A stretch of 32,881 nt of DNA, from positions 1 through 32,881 of the forward strand of contig JBMSQQ010000034.1 of the NCBI GenBank assembly GCA_049423385.1. Direction: 5' to 3'. Positions within the stretch are counted from its first letter, which is position 1; each line of letters begins with the position of its first letter. Under the pieces are notes generated by a model. The model had not been told where the DNA came from. It was given only the letters and a program-made list of their open reading frames with translations, and did not search any database. Shown one piece after another: positions 18,583-27,496 of the stretch. The DNA comes from Silvanigrellaceae bacterium (GTDB lineage Bacteria > Bdellovibrionota_B > Oligoflexia > Silvanigrellales > Silvanigrellaceae). A program made the translations under genes and the position numbers.

Positions 18583-21500
18583 TCAGAGTGCTCGCCGGTA
18601 TTGGCCACCCACCGAATACAACGCCTGGGTCATTTGTCCCAAGGTTGCGACCCGGGCCGTTTTCAGGAGTTCTTCAAACACATTTCCGTTGGCGAGCGCA
18701 ACCGCTTTGAGCTGTTCGATGGCTCGCAGAGACTCTGCCGAATGGGTTTCCTGCCATCCACGGATAGAATGCAGCCGAGCATCCTTTTCCTCGTACGACG
18801 CGCGCGCGAGTTCGATGTTTAGATTTGCAGACAATTCGTCCTGGCGCGGATTCAAATAGGTGTTGACCCCGATGATGGGCAGCTCGCCTGAGTGTTTGAG
18901 GGTTTCGTAGTACAAGCTTTCTTCCTGGATTTTACCTCGCTGGTATTGGGTCTCCATCGCACCCAACACACCACCACGCGCAGAAATGCGATCGAATTCC
19001 GAGAGAACAGCCTCTTCGACAAGGTCTGTCAGCTGCGACAGAAAATACGAGCCCTGGTTTGGATTTTCGTTTTTGGCCAGTCCGAACTCGCGGTTGATGA
19101 TCATCTGGATAGCCATGCTGCGCCGGACACTTTCCTCGGTGGGAGTCGTGATGGCTTCGTCGTATGCATTTGTATGCAGTGAGTTGCAGTTGTCGTTGAT
19201 TGCCAGCAGGGCTTGCAACGTCGTCCGGATGTCGTTGAAATCAATCTCCTGCGCATGCAGGGAACGTCCACTCGTTTGAATATGATACTTGAGCTTCTGC
19301 GAGCGATCATTGCCGTTGTATTTGTCGCGAATTGCGATCGCCCAAATTCTTCTGGCCACACGACCTATCACCGAATATTCAGGATCCATTCCATTGCTGA
19401 AAAAGAACGACAAGTTCGAAGCGAAATCGTCGATATTCATTCCACGGCTCAAATAATACTCGACATACGTGAATCCATTCGCCAGCGTAAATGCCAATTG
19501 GGTGATTGGATTCGCACCCGCTTCTGCGATGTGGTACCCCGAGATGCTTACCGAGTAATAATTCCGGACATCACTGCGGATGAAAAATTCTTGAATATCG
19601 CCCATCATCTTGAGTGCAAAATCGGTTGAGAAAATGCACGTGTTTTGAGCCTGGTCCTCCTTGAGGATGTCTGCCTGCACAGTGCCGCGCACCTTCTTCA
19701 GGGTCTCTGCGCGAACCGAATGGAATTCTTCAGGATTCAAAACCCTGCCTTTTGCTTTTTCCGCCGCTTCGACCTGCTGATCAATTGCGGCATTCAAAAA
19801 GAATGCAAGCAGGATGGGAGCCGGACCATTGATGGTCATGCTCACGCTTGTGTTGGGATCACAAAGATCGAAGCCAGAATAGAGCGTCTTCATGTCGGCA
19901 AGCGTCGCAATGCTTACACCACTCTCACCCACCTTGCCGTAGATATCCGGGCGTTGAGCTGGATCATCGCCATACAACGTGACTGAATCGAAGGCTGTCG
20001 ACAAACGCTTGGCCGGATCGTTTTGAGTCAGATAATGAAAGCGACGATTGGTTCTCTCGGGACCACCTTCGCCGGCGAATTGCCGCTTGGGGTCCTCGTC
20101 TGCGCGCTTGAACGGGAAAACCCCTGCAGTGAAAGGAAAGGATCCGGGAACGTTTTCTGAACGGACGAACTTCACAATCTCCGACCATTCACTTGTCTGC
20201 GGCAATGAGACGCGTGCAACCTTGGAACCAGACAGGCTGGTCACGTGGGTCGGCACTTCAAGCGTGCGCCCACGCACTTCATACTTGTACTTTTCTCCGC
20301 GATAATTCGCACACAGCGCCGTCCAGCCCGCGAGCGAGAGGCGTGTCTCCTCGCGAAGCGACGCCCGACGCGACTCGCATTCTTTTTTCTGTTGTTCGGA
20401 AAGACTTGTGATAGCTGCGACGCGCTCGAATGCCTGCAACTCACTTGCCTTCTGCGCTTCGCTCGCGGTTTCCTTGTGATAATCTCTTACCACAGCAGCA
20501 ATCTCGCTCAGATAATTCGTTCGGTTTTGCGGGATGATGGGGGCAACCTGGGTGCTCTTCAGAGCCAACGGAAGATTCAGGTTCGCCGTCCAGATATTTT
20601 CACCGGAGCGCTCATTCAGAGTCTTCAGCAATGCACGATAAAGCGCATTCACGCCATCATCATTGAATTTGGAGGCAATTGTTCCAAACAACGGGTAGGC
20701 CGAGTCTTCAACATGCTGCCCGTGAAATCGCGACCTGCGGAGTTGAGCCTTCACGTCGCGATAAGCATCCTCCGAGCCACGCCTGTCGAACTTGTTGATG
20801 GCAATGAGGTCGGCAAAATCGAGCATGTCGATTTTTTCAAGCTGTGTCGCGGCACCGTACTCGCTTGTCATCACATACATGGCGAGGTTGCTGACACCAA
20901 GAATTCCAGTGTCACCCTGCCCAATCCCGCTGGTCTCCACAATGACCAAATCAAAACCGCTCGCGCGAGCCAGCGCGATGGCGTCGTTCATCACGGTGGC
21001 CAGTTCACTCTTGCTGCCGCGGGTTGCAAAACTGCGCATGAACACATTCGGATGACTGATCGCGTTCATCCGGATACGATCTCCGAGGAGCGCTCCGCCA
21101 GTCTTCTTTTTGGAAGGGTCGACGCTGAAAATACAAATCTTCCGATCGGGAAATTCCATTGTGAATCGGCGGATGATTTCATCGGTCAAACTGCTTTTGC
21201 CGGCGCCACCTGTGCCCGTCACGCCGAGCACGAGAGGATGTCGCCCTTTGTGCTTTGCGCCCTCCGACTCCATCGAAGACTTCAATCGACCCTGTTCCAA
21301 TTGCTTTTGGATTTTGGCGGGAAGAGCTTTGACGTTGTTTTCCAGGAGAGTCAGGGCACGCGCCAACCGCAAGGTTTCGTCGGCTGCCAAATTGGAATCC
21401 CCGAGTTCGCCACCCCAGTTGTCAAATGTGTAATCGGAGCGCTCAAGCATGTCGCCAATCATGCCCATCAGTCCCAACTTTCGACCATCGTCCGGCGAAT

Positions 21501-21864
21501 AAATGCGAGTCACTCCACTCCGATGAAGGTCGTCGATTTCGGCGGGAATGATGACTCCACCCCCACCTCCAAAAATCCTCACATCCGAACGCCCGGCGGC
21601 ATTCAGGCACTCCCGCATGTATTTGAAGAACTCGACATGTCCGCCCTGGTAAGAACTGACGGCCACCGCATGTGCGTCTTCCTGCAAAACGGCCGTGACA
21701 ATTTCCTGCACACTTCGGTTGTGACCCAGGTGAATCACCTCGGCACCCCCCTGCTGGAGAAGCCGGCGCATGATGTTGATGCTCGCGTCATGCCCATCGA
21801 AGAGGGCAGTTGCCGTTACAAATCGGATTTTGTGCTTGGGCGTGTATGGAATATGACTGTCCAT
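18583..21864 (-). CDS. icmF: Fused isobutyryl-CoA mutase (B12-binding domain, MeaI G-protein, mutase TIM barrel)
   Basis: [39 protein letters not shown] (Phe specificity residue), [11 protein letters not shown] and HIQTSGRSL motifs. GGAG precedes ATG 21864. Confidence 0.95.
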   Translation of the reverse strand: MDSHIPYTPKHKIRFVTATALFDGHDASINIMRRLLQQGGAEVIHLGHNRSVQEIVTAVLQEDAHAVAVSSYQGGHVEFFKYMRECLNAAGRSDVRIFGGGGGVIIPAEIDDLHRSGVTRIYSPDDGRKLGLMGMIGDMLERSDYTFDNWGGELGDSNLAADETLRLARALTLLENNVKALPAKIQKQLEQGRLKSSMESEGAKHKGRHPLVLGVTGTGGAGKSSLTDEIIRRFTMEFPDRKICIFSVDPSKKKTGGALLGDRIRMNAISHPNVFMRSFATRGSKSELATVMNDAIALARASGFDLVIVETSGIGQGDTGILGVSNLAMYVMTSEYGAATQLEKIDMLDFADLIAINKFDRRGSEDAYRDVKAQLRRSRFHGQHVEDSAYPLFGTIASKFNDDGVNALYRALLKTLNERSGENIWTANLNLPLALKSTQVAPIIPQNRTNYLSEIAAVVRDYHKETASEAQKASELQAFERVAAITSLSEQQKKECESRRASLREETRLSLAGWTALCANYRGEKYKYEVRGRTLEVPTHVTSLSGSKVARVSLPQTSEWSEIVKFVRSENVPGSFPFTAGVFPFKRADEDPKRQFAGEGGPERTNRRFHYLTQNDPAKRLSTAFDSVTLYGDDPAQRPDIYGKVGESGVSIATLADMKTLYSGFDLCDPNTSVSMTINGPAPILLAFFLNAAIDQQVEAAEKAKGRVLNPEEFHSVRAETLKKVRGTVQADILKEDQAQNTCIFSTDFALKMMGDIQEFFIRSDVRNYYSVSISGYHIAEAGANPITQLAFTLANGFTYVEYYLSRGMNIDDFASNLSFFFSNGMDPEYSVIGRVARRIWAIAIRDKYNGNDRSQKLKYHIQTSGRSLHAQEIDFNDIRTTLQALLAINDNCNSLHTNAYDEAITTPTEESVRRSMAIQMIINREFGLAKNENPNQGSYFLSQLTDLVEEAVLSEFDRISARGGVLGAMETQYQRGKIQEESLYYETLKHSGELPIIGVNTYLNPRQDELSANLNIELARASYEEKDARLHSIRGWQETHSAESLRAIEQLKAVALANGNVFEELLKTARVATLGQMTQALYSVGGQYRRAL

Positions 21865-22010
21865 TCTGTTCTCCGGACCCTGGGGCGGTTTGATAAGCAG
21901 CATTCATAGCCCGCAATGCCGCCTCGACTCAACAGCGTGGCCGGTCTGACGGGAATTATTCGCCATTGCCTCCAACGGGTTGTATTCTTTGAAATCCTTG
22001 GAGGTTCGCC

Positions 22011-23549
22011 ATGTGGCCCAAAAGTCTTTCTGAAATCGCACACATCCTGGCCAGCTCACCGCCTACACAATCGCCCCATCCGTCGACCCCGGCAGCCACA
22101 ACCCTGGTGCATTCTCTGAGCACGGACAGTCGCAAGGTTTCATTGGGTGAACTGTTTTTTGCCATCCGTGGCGAAACCCACGACGGGCACCAATTTGTTG
22201 AAGCTGCGCTGCAAAAGGGAGCCGCTGCTGCCGTCGTTGAATCCCGTTGGCTGGAAAGCAATCCTCAATGGGCAGGCCGATGCATGCCCGTGAAAAACAC
22301 AACCGATGCGTTGCGACAGCTCGGCAAGGCATTCCGCAGCGACTTTCCATTCCCGGTTTTTGCCATTGGCGGTAGCAACGGCAAAACCACAACGAAGGAA
22401 ATGCTCAGCTGTTTGTTGGGTGCCAAGGGAAACCTGGTGACCCGCACCTTCAAAAGTGAAAACGGATTTCTGGGCCTGGCAATCACCTTGACGAATCCCA
22501 ACCATAAAAAATCTGCGCCTCCCAAGGCTCTTGTTGCAGAAATCGGAATCGACGAGGTTGGGGCAATGTCCGAGCATGTGGCTATCGCGCAGCCTGATGT
22601 GGCTTTGCTGACTGCACTTGGACCAGAGCACCTCGCCGGCCTGGGATCCTGGAATACCGCTGTGGAAGAAGAACTCTTGCTCTTTCGCCAGTCACCAGCC
22701 CAATGCAGACGCGTTTGGCAGTTGAGTGAACCCAGGCTTGCCGCGGTCGCAGAAGAACTTCGCGAGGGTGACGTTGTAGTGATCGATGAAATTGACCCGC
22801 CACGCCTGGACCGCAACGCTCTCGAACTCATCGGTTCACACAAGGTGGGCAAGCTCAGTTTCAGGATGCTTGAGCAGCGCGCCACCCATTCCCGCTTGCA
22901 GGCACGCTGGTGTCCTCAAGCGGGTATTTCTCCGCAGAACGAGTGGACTTCAGAAATCACGGTCCCACTCCCGGGCATTCATAACGCCAGAAATTTTGCT
23001 CTCGCTTTGGCAACCGCTGCTCTGACGGGAGCTCAAAAAAACGATCTGGAATCGGCATGGTCAGACTTCGTTCCCCCCGAAATGCGTTCGCGCATCGTTC
23101 AGCTCGTCGGAGAAACGACACTGTATGATGACTGCTACAACGCGAGTCCCGCCAGCATGGATGCTGCGTTCGACGCGCTCTTGGCGAGCGAATGGAAGAG
23201 CAAACACAAGGTCCTGATTCTGGGTGACATGCTCGACCTGGGGACGGAGTCAAAGAGTTGGCATCTGGGACTGATACCGAAACTGCTCAAAATTGAAAAC
23301 TCGGACTTGTGCCTCTTCGGAACCGCCATGTATGATGTCTATACAGAGATCAAAATCAATCATTCCGACGAATTGCAATCTGGAAAGATCCAGTTGCGGC
23401 ACGCGGGTCCGAACGAGAATCCAGCGCAGTTTTTAACTGAACTGGGCGATCGGCTGCGAGGATCCGTCGTTCTTGTGAAGGGCAGTCGCGGAATGGATTT
23501 GGGGCGTTTTGTAAAGTCTTGTGAGGTCTGGTCCTCGGCTCAAGGGTGA
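22011..23549 (+). CDS. murF: UDP-N-acetylmuramoyl-tripeptide--D-Ala-D-Ala ligase-like (divergent MurF)
   Basis: TDSR, LFFAIRGETHDGH, GSNGKTTTKEM, DDCYNASP, LGDMLDLG and VLVKGSRG motifs. RBS GGAGG. Confidence 0.85.
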   Translation: MWPKSLSEIAHILASSPPTQSPHPSTPAATTLVHSLSTDSRKVSLGELFFAIRGETHDGHQFVEAALQKGAAAAVVESRWLESNPQWAGRCMPVKNTTDALRQLGKAFRSDFPFPVFAIGGSNGKTTTKEMLSCLLGAKGNLVTRTFKSENGFLGLAITLTNPNHKKSAPPKALVAEIGIDEVGAMSEHVAIAQPDVALLTALGPEHLAGLGSWNTAVEEELLLFRQSPAQCRRVWQLSEPRLAAVAEELREGDVVVIDEIDPPRLDRNALELIGSHKVGKLSFRMLEQRATHSRLQARWCPQAGISPQNEWTSEITVPLPGIHNARNFALALATAALTGAQKNDLESAWSDFVPPEMRSRIVQLVGETTLYDDCYNASPASMDAAFDALLASEWKSKHKVLILGDMLDLGTESKSWHLGLIPKLLKIENSDLCLFGTAMYDVYTEIKINHSDELQSGKIQLRHAGPNENPAQFLTELGDRLRGSVVLVKGSRGMDLGRFVKSCEVWSSAQG

Positions 23550-23583
23550 GCCAAGACATCAGCTTCACATTCTTGGAGTGTTC

Positions 23584-23856
23584 ATGCGACCGGAGACACT
23601 ACAGGAAGAACTCGGCAGAATACTCGAGGCCAGCTTTCCGAGGAATGGAGGCTGCGATTCCGACGAATTGTGTTTGTCGGAAGATGAGATGTTTGAGCTT
23701 TGGAATCTTCTCGGTGAAGAGCTGGGTATCGACCTCTCCTTCGCAACCGCAGACCAGCGTCAGCTGCTCTTTCAATCCTGCGAAAACGGCAAAAAACTCT
23801 CCCCCAAAGCATTTGGCTCATTGCTTTGGCTCGTCTACTATGGCGACTTGATGTGA
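23584..23856 (+). CDS. Small acidic hypothetical protein, possibly with an acyl-carrier-protein-like fold
   Basis: 90 aa. GGAG precedes ATG 23584, and the ORF fills the gap between murF and the tRNA. FELWNLLGEELGIDL resembles ACP helix II. Confidence 0.6.
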   Translation: MRPETLQEELGRILEASFPRNGGCDSDELCLSEDEMFELWNLLGEELGIDLSFATADQRQLLFQSCENGKKLSPKAFGSLLWLVYYGDLM

Positions 23857-23869
23857 AAATTTGTGCTGC

Positions 23870-23898
23870 TTGCTGACCGACGAGTCTGGTGCTATCTG
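23870..23898 (+). promoter_or_regulatory. Candidate promoter for tRNA-Arg
   Basis: TTGCTG, 17 nt, TATCTG with an extended TG, ending 10 nt before the tRNA. Confidence 0.35.
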
Positions 23899-23908
23899 CA
23901 CCGCAAGC

Positions 23909-23983
23909 GGTCCCGTGGTGAAGTGGATATCACGCAAGCCTCCGAAGCTTGAAGCCCATGTTCGATTCATGGCGGGACCGCCA
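23909..23983 (+). tRNA. tRNA-Arg(CCG)
   Basis: Acceptor stem GGTCCCG/CGGGACC, D stem GTGA/TCAC with A20, anticodon arm CAAGC-CTCCGAA-GCTTG, T arm CCATG-TTCGATT-CATGG, and encoded CCA. Confidence 0.96.
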
Positions 23984-24066
23984 GTCTTCTGACCTGCCAC
24001 CAAATCCCCACAAAAATCTTGCAATGATAAGATGATGGCATCCTGCAAAACGGCCAAGGGGTTTGC

Positions 24067-25527
24067 ATGTTGAACAAGTTTGTCGCCCACACGTCCACAT
24101 TCGCTTGTGCCTGGGGAGCAATCCTCAGCCCGCAAGCCTTCGCGCAGGAAAGCAATAGCGCACAAACTCAAGAAGCCCCGGCCCAACCCCAGGAATCGAA
24201 ACCAACCCCCTCAACCTCAGCTGCGGAACAACCCTCCACATCAACATCAGCAGACGAAAACGCGCCAATCCAAAAGCAAACGAAAATCAAGGAAAACGTC
24301 ACCAAAAAATCAAACACGGAAAAGCTCGGGGGACAGATCTCGGGTACTGGACTCGGAATTTTTGGAAGCGCCGAACTTGGCGTCGTTTTTTCAGTGCCGA
24401 CAGATGTCAATTACAAGCAAATTGAAACTTCGCAGCTTGGTATTGCACCGGTTTTGAAATTTGGCGCGAGCACCTTCACCCGGCGAATCATTCTGGATTT
24501 TGGACTTGGTATCCAATACGCAAAATTCGGCGGAACCATCAGCGCTCTTCCGAGTGTTGATGAAGACAGCAACATTGTTTTTATCCCACTGAATGAGAAA
24601 TATACGAACACACAAGTGTCTATGCTTGTTGAGGCAGCCGGGCGTCTCAGGATCAAACAAAAATATCAGGTGGGTCTGTTGGCGCAGGTTTTGGTCTCTG
24701 GAGAATCTGCAGGTTTCTCGTCCTTGCCCAACTTCGAACGGCCTCAGGAAAAATTTGCGGCCTTGTTGGGTCCACAGTTCGTTTACGAAGGCGAACTCAA
24801 GGACAAGATTTCGCGCCTGACGGGTAGCTTCACAATGTCCCTGACAGGCAACAACAGAACAGTCTATCTTGCCTCCCTCGGGGCAAGCCTCGGGGCATTT
24901 CTGATCAACCCTGTCACGGTTGTGAAGACCAAATCAACCACCCGAACCCAAACCAAAGTCACTCGAGAAACCATCCAGCTCAAGGCTCAACGCGCAGATG
25001 TGACCGACAACATCAGCTTTATTTTCGACTCGCAGATGATCAACTTCAAGCTCAACAGCGCAGAAATCAATCCCAAGTCTGCCGGATTCCTGAGTGCTTT
25101 GGGCGAAATCTTTGCGCGTGAGCGTGACATCTGGAGCAAACTGATGATCGAGGGTCATACAGACTCGCGCGGCTCTGCCGAATACAACATCAAACTCTCG
25201 ACAATGCGGGCACGATCTGTGCTCGATACTCTCGAAAAAGCGGGTGTTGCCCGGGAATCCATGGAAGCCGTTGGATTGGGTTCAACACAGATGCTCGTCA
25301 ATCCTGAAGTCTCCGAAATCGATTATGCACGCAACCGCCGCGTTGAAATCAGAATTCTTGGATTGAAGGATTCACGTGCGCTGAAAAAATACGTGGATGA
25401 AGTCCAGGAGAGATTTTTCGGCAAGCCGGCGGAGACGCGAAGTGTTCCAATTCCAAAACCATCGGTGCCATCCGGATCCGGAACGCCTGGGGCACCCGCT
25501 TGGGATCCAGGACTTGAAGCGCAATGA
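24067..25527 (+). CDS. OmpA family outer-membrane protein (signal peptide, low-complexity linker, beta-barrel, OmpA_C)
   Basis: AFA-Q cleavage site and amphipathic strands, followed by IEGHTDSRGSAEYNIKLSTMRARSV and NRRVEI. Confidence 0.92.
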   Translation: MLNKFVAHTSTFACAWGAILSPQAFAQESNSAQTQEAPAQPQESKPTPSTSAAEQPSTSTSADENAPIQKQTKIKENVTKKSNTEKLGGQISGTGLGIFGSAELGVVFSVPTDVNYKQIETSQLGIAPVLKFGASTFTRRIILDFGLGIQYAKFGGTISALPSVDEDSNIVFIPLNEKYTNTQVSMLVEAAGRLRIKQKYQVGLLAQVLVSGESAGFSSLPNFERPQEKFAALLGPQFVYEGELKDKISRLTGSFTMSLTGNNRTVYLASLGASLGAFLINPVTVVKTKSTTRTQTKVTRETIQLKAQRADVTDNISFIFDSQMINFKLNSAEINPKSAGFLSALGEIFARERDIWSKLMIEGHTDSRGSAEYNIKLSTMRARSVLDTLEKAGVARESMEAVGLGSTQMLVNPEVSEIDYARNRRVEIRILGLKDSRALKKYVDEVQERFFGKPAETRSVPIPKPSVPSGSGTPGAPAWDPGLEAQ

Positions 25528-25574
25528 TTGGACGGTTTCAAATGCTTGAGATGAAGTATCCAGGAGTGAAAAGA

Positions 25575-26810
25575 ATGCAAAGGTTGCGCCGAATTGGCCT
25601 CAGTCTGATGACGCTGGGAATGGTTCTGTTTCACTCAACCGACGCCGTGGCCCAGTGGTCCACCGAGGACACACCCAAGAAACCTTCAGCAACGCAAGAG
25701 ATCCCAAAAAACGAAGAATCCACTTCGGTCAATTCCAAAACAACGAGAAAGGTCATCCGTTCGAAGCCGAAGACCTGGTTCGAGGAAATCGGGACCAGCC
25801 TGATTTTCTCTGCCGATATCGGACTGCTCTCTGGCTTTCCAAGTAAAACACTGACCGACTATGAATCGAAATTCGGTCTGACGCTCGAAGGCAGGGCATT
25901 GGGAAGCATTTTGTTGGATCAGTTCATGATTGACGCCGGTTTTGGTTGGTGGTTCTACAACGTGGGTGGAATCGAACCAGTCTTCCAGAATGGCACCAAG
26001 GCCCGGACAATCGACGATGTTGTTCTGGTGGACAATGTGAGTATCAAACTGTCGGGTGGGCTTTTCGATCTCTCACCCAGCTACCGGTTCAAAAAATCCT
26101 GGTTTGCTGGCCCTTCACTACAACTCAGATATCCATCGGATCTGGGCTACAATAGTCAAATCGCGGGCAACTCGCTTGGAATATATCTGGGTGCGCAGGG
26201 TGGATATCAGATTTTTGATGAAGACCTGAACACCCGATTTGTGGCTCGGCTCATGATGCCAGTGAACTACAAAAACTGGTTGGGCTTCATGACTTCTGTT
26301 GGTGTGCAGGTCGGCTTGCCCATCAGTCAGCCGGAAACACTGATCATTCAGGAAACGACCCTAAAAACGACCGAGAAGCGCATTGTCGAGTACCAAAAGC
26401 AGTTCTACAAATTCAAGGTGACCCGCGACCTCGTCAAGCTGGTGCTCGACAACCTTGTTGTCTTTTATCCTGAGCCTGGTTACCCCACGATCACCAACGA
26501 ATCACAGAGTTTCCTGATTGATTTGGCCCAATCACTTGCCGAGGCGGAAAAAAATTGGGGTGTTTTGCTGATTGAAACAGTCAGTCGTGACCACGCCCAG
26601 GTGATTCGCGATGCGCTGGTTTCAGCTGGAATACCGGACAACAAGGTCAAACTTGGTGCCATTCTGTCAGGCGACAAAACGAGTGCGACGCCGCCGGTCG
26701 AATTCACATTCAAGGGCGTCAAAAACCAACCTCAAATGATGGATGCAGTGAGACGCGCGATGCAGACGCTCTCTGTGCCGGAAACATGTGCCGATGGGAC
26801 TTGCAACTGA
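25575..26810 (+). CDS. OmpA-like paralogue with degenerate C-terminal domain
   Basis: Signal peptide AVA-Q. The barrel and C-terminal domain are colinear with the upstream gene. AGGAG precedes ATG 25575; an alternative start at 25524 overlaps the upstream stop. Confidence 0.75.
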   Translation: MQRLRRIGLSLMTLGMVLFHSTDAVAQWSTEDTPKKPSATQEIPKNEESTSVNSKTTRKVIRSKPKTWFEEIGTSLIFSADIGLLSGFPSKTLTDYESKFGLTLEGRALGSILLDQFMIDAGFGWWFYNVGGIEPVFQNGTKARTIDDVVLVDNVSIKLSGGLFDLSPSYRFKKSWFAGPSLQLRYPSDLGYNSQIAGNSLGIYLGAQGGYQIFDEDLNTRFVARLMMPVNYKNWLGFMTSVGVQVGLPISQPETLIIQETTLKTTEKRIVEYQKQFYKFKVTRDLVKLVLDNLVVFYPEPGYPTITNESQSFLIDLAQSLAEAEKNWGVLLIETVSRDHAQVIRDALVSAGIPDNKVKLGAILSGDKTSATPPVEFTFKGVKNQPQMMDAVRRAMQTLSVPETCADGTCN

Positions 26811-26819
26811 GGAAGGAAG

Positions 26820-26895
26820 TGGAGCTGCGTAAGGGAATTGAACCCCCAACCGGTTGATTACAAATCAACTGCTCTACCAATTGAGCTAACGCAGC
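26820..26895 (-). tRNA. tRNA-Thr(TGT)
   Basis: The reverse complement reads GCTGCGTTAGCTCAATTGGTAGAGCAGTTGATTTGTAATCAACCGGTTGGGGGTTCAATTCCCTTACGCAGCTCCA, a full cloverleaf with CCA. Confidence 0.97.
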
Positions 26896-26905
26896 GACCG
26901 TCGGG

Positions 26906-26935
26906 GAGATAGTTCAGCGCTGCCGGGCTTGTCAA
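26906..26935 (-). promoter_or_regulatory. Sigma70-type promoter for tRNA-Thr
   Basis: Perfect TTGACA, 17-18 nt spacer, (C)TATCT(C), then a GC-rich stretch before the tRNA. Confidence 0.6.
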
Positions 26936-27003
26936 GTCTTCAACATCCGCGATGACCCCACCAATGATAGTGTCTTTTTGAGGCACCTGAAGGGAGGTAT
27001 CGA

Positions 27004-27429
27004 ATGCAAATCCACAATAAACGCGGTTTTCTTGCATCCGCAGCAGCCATGGTCTGCTTGGTGGGCGGTTTTCTTTCCCCTCTTCAGAAAGAAGCAAACG
27101 CGCAAGTGCTCGTCAATTCAGAACAATACCAGGAATTGTTCGTGAATGCCGGATACAGCGCCCTTTTCGGCGCGGCACTGGGCACCGCGATCCTACCCTT
27201 CCTGCCTGCAAACTCCTTGTCAAATTTGAGAGTTATAGCAGGCGGTGCATCGGTCGGCTTTATCGCCGGAAGTGTCATGGCACTCTACAATATGCGTCAG
27301 CAGCAAAACTTCGGAATGCAATATTACCCCGAAGTGGAGCCTGGTGGAGCAACCCCCGGGCAATGGAACTGGGACATTGGCAGCAATTCGGGCAAGGATG
27401 TGTTTGTTCGGATGGATTCGAGGTTTTGA
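27004..27429 (+). CDS. Exported hypothetical protein with two Gly-rich hydrophobic helices
   Basis: RBS GGAGG, signal peptide ending ANA-Q, helices SALFGAALGTAILPF and VIAGGASVGFIAGSVMALY, and a terminal Phe. Confidence 0.75.
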   Translation: MQIHNKRGFLASAAAMVCLVGGFLSPLQKEANAQVLVNSEQYQELFVNAGYSALFGAALGTAILPFLPANSLSNLRVIAGGASVGFIAGSVMALYNMRQQQNFGMQYYPEVEPGGATPGQWNWDIGSNSGKDVFVRMDSRF

Positions 27430-27496
27430 AAGCCTTTTAAACGCCCCTCCCCTCTGCTAAAGATGGCCCCAACATTTCAAGATGGGGAACAGACTC

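Noticed and set aside
20245..21909. 554-aa ORF antisense to icmF
   Set aside because: It is fully opposite a canonical gene, and codon bias explains the lack of stops.
21865..22010. Cobalamin riboswitch upstream of icmF
   Set aside because: The gap is only about 145 nt and is shared with the divergent murF, and no B12-box consensus is recognisable.
23984..26819. Integrated genomic island at the tRNAs
   Set aside because: I saw no integrase, no duplicated tRNA 3' end and no evident compositional shift.
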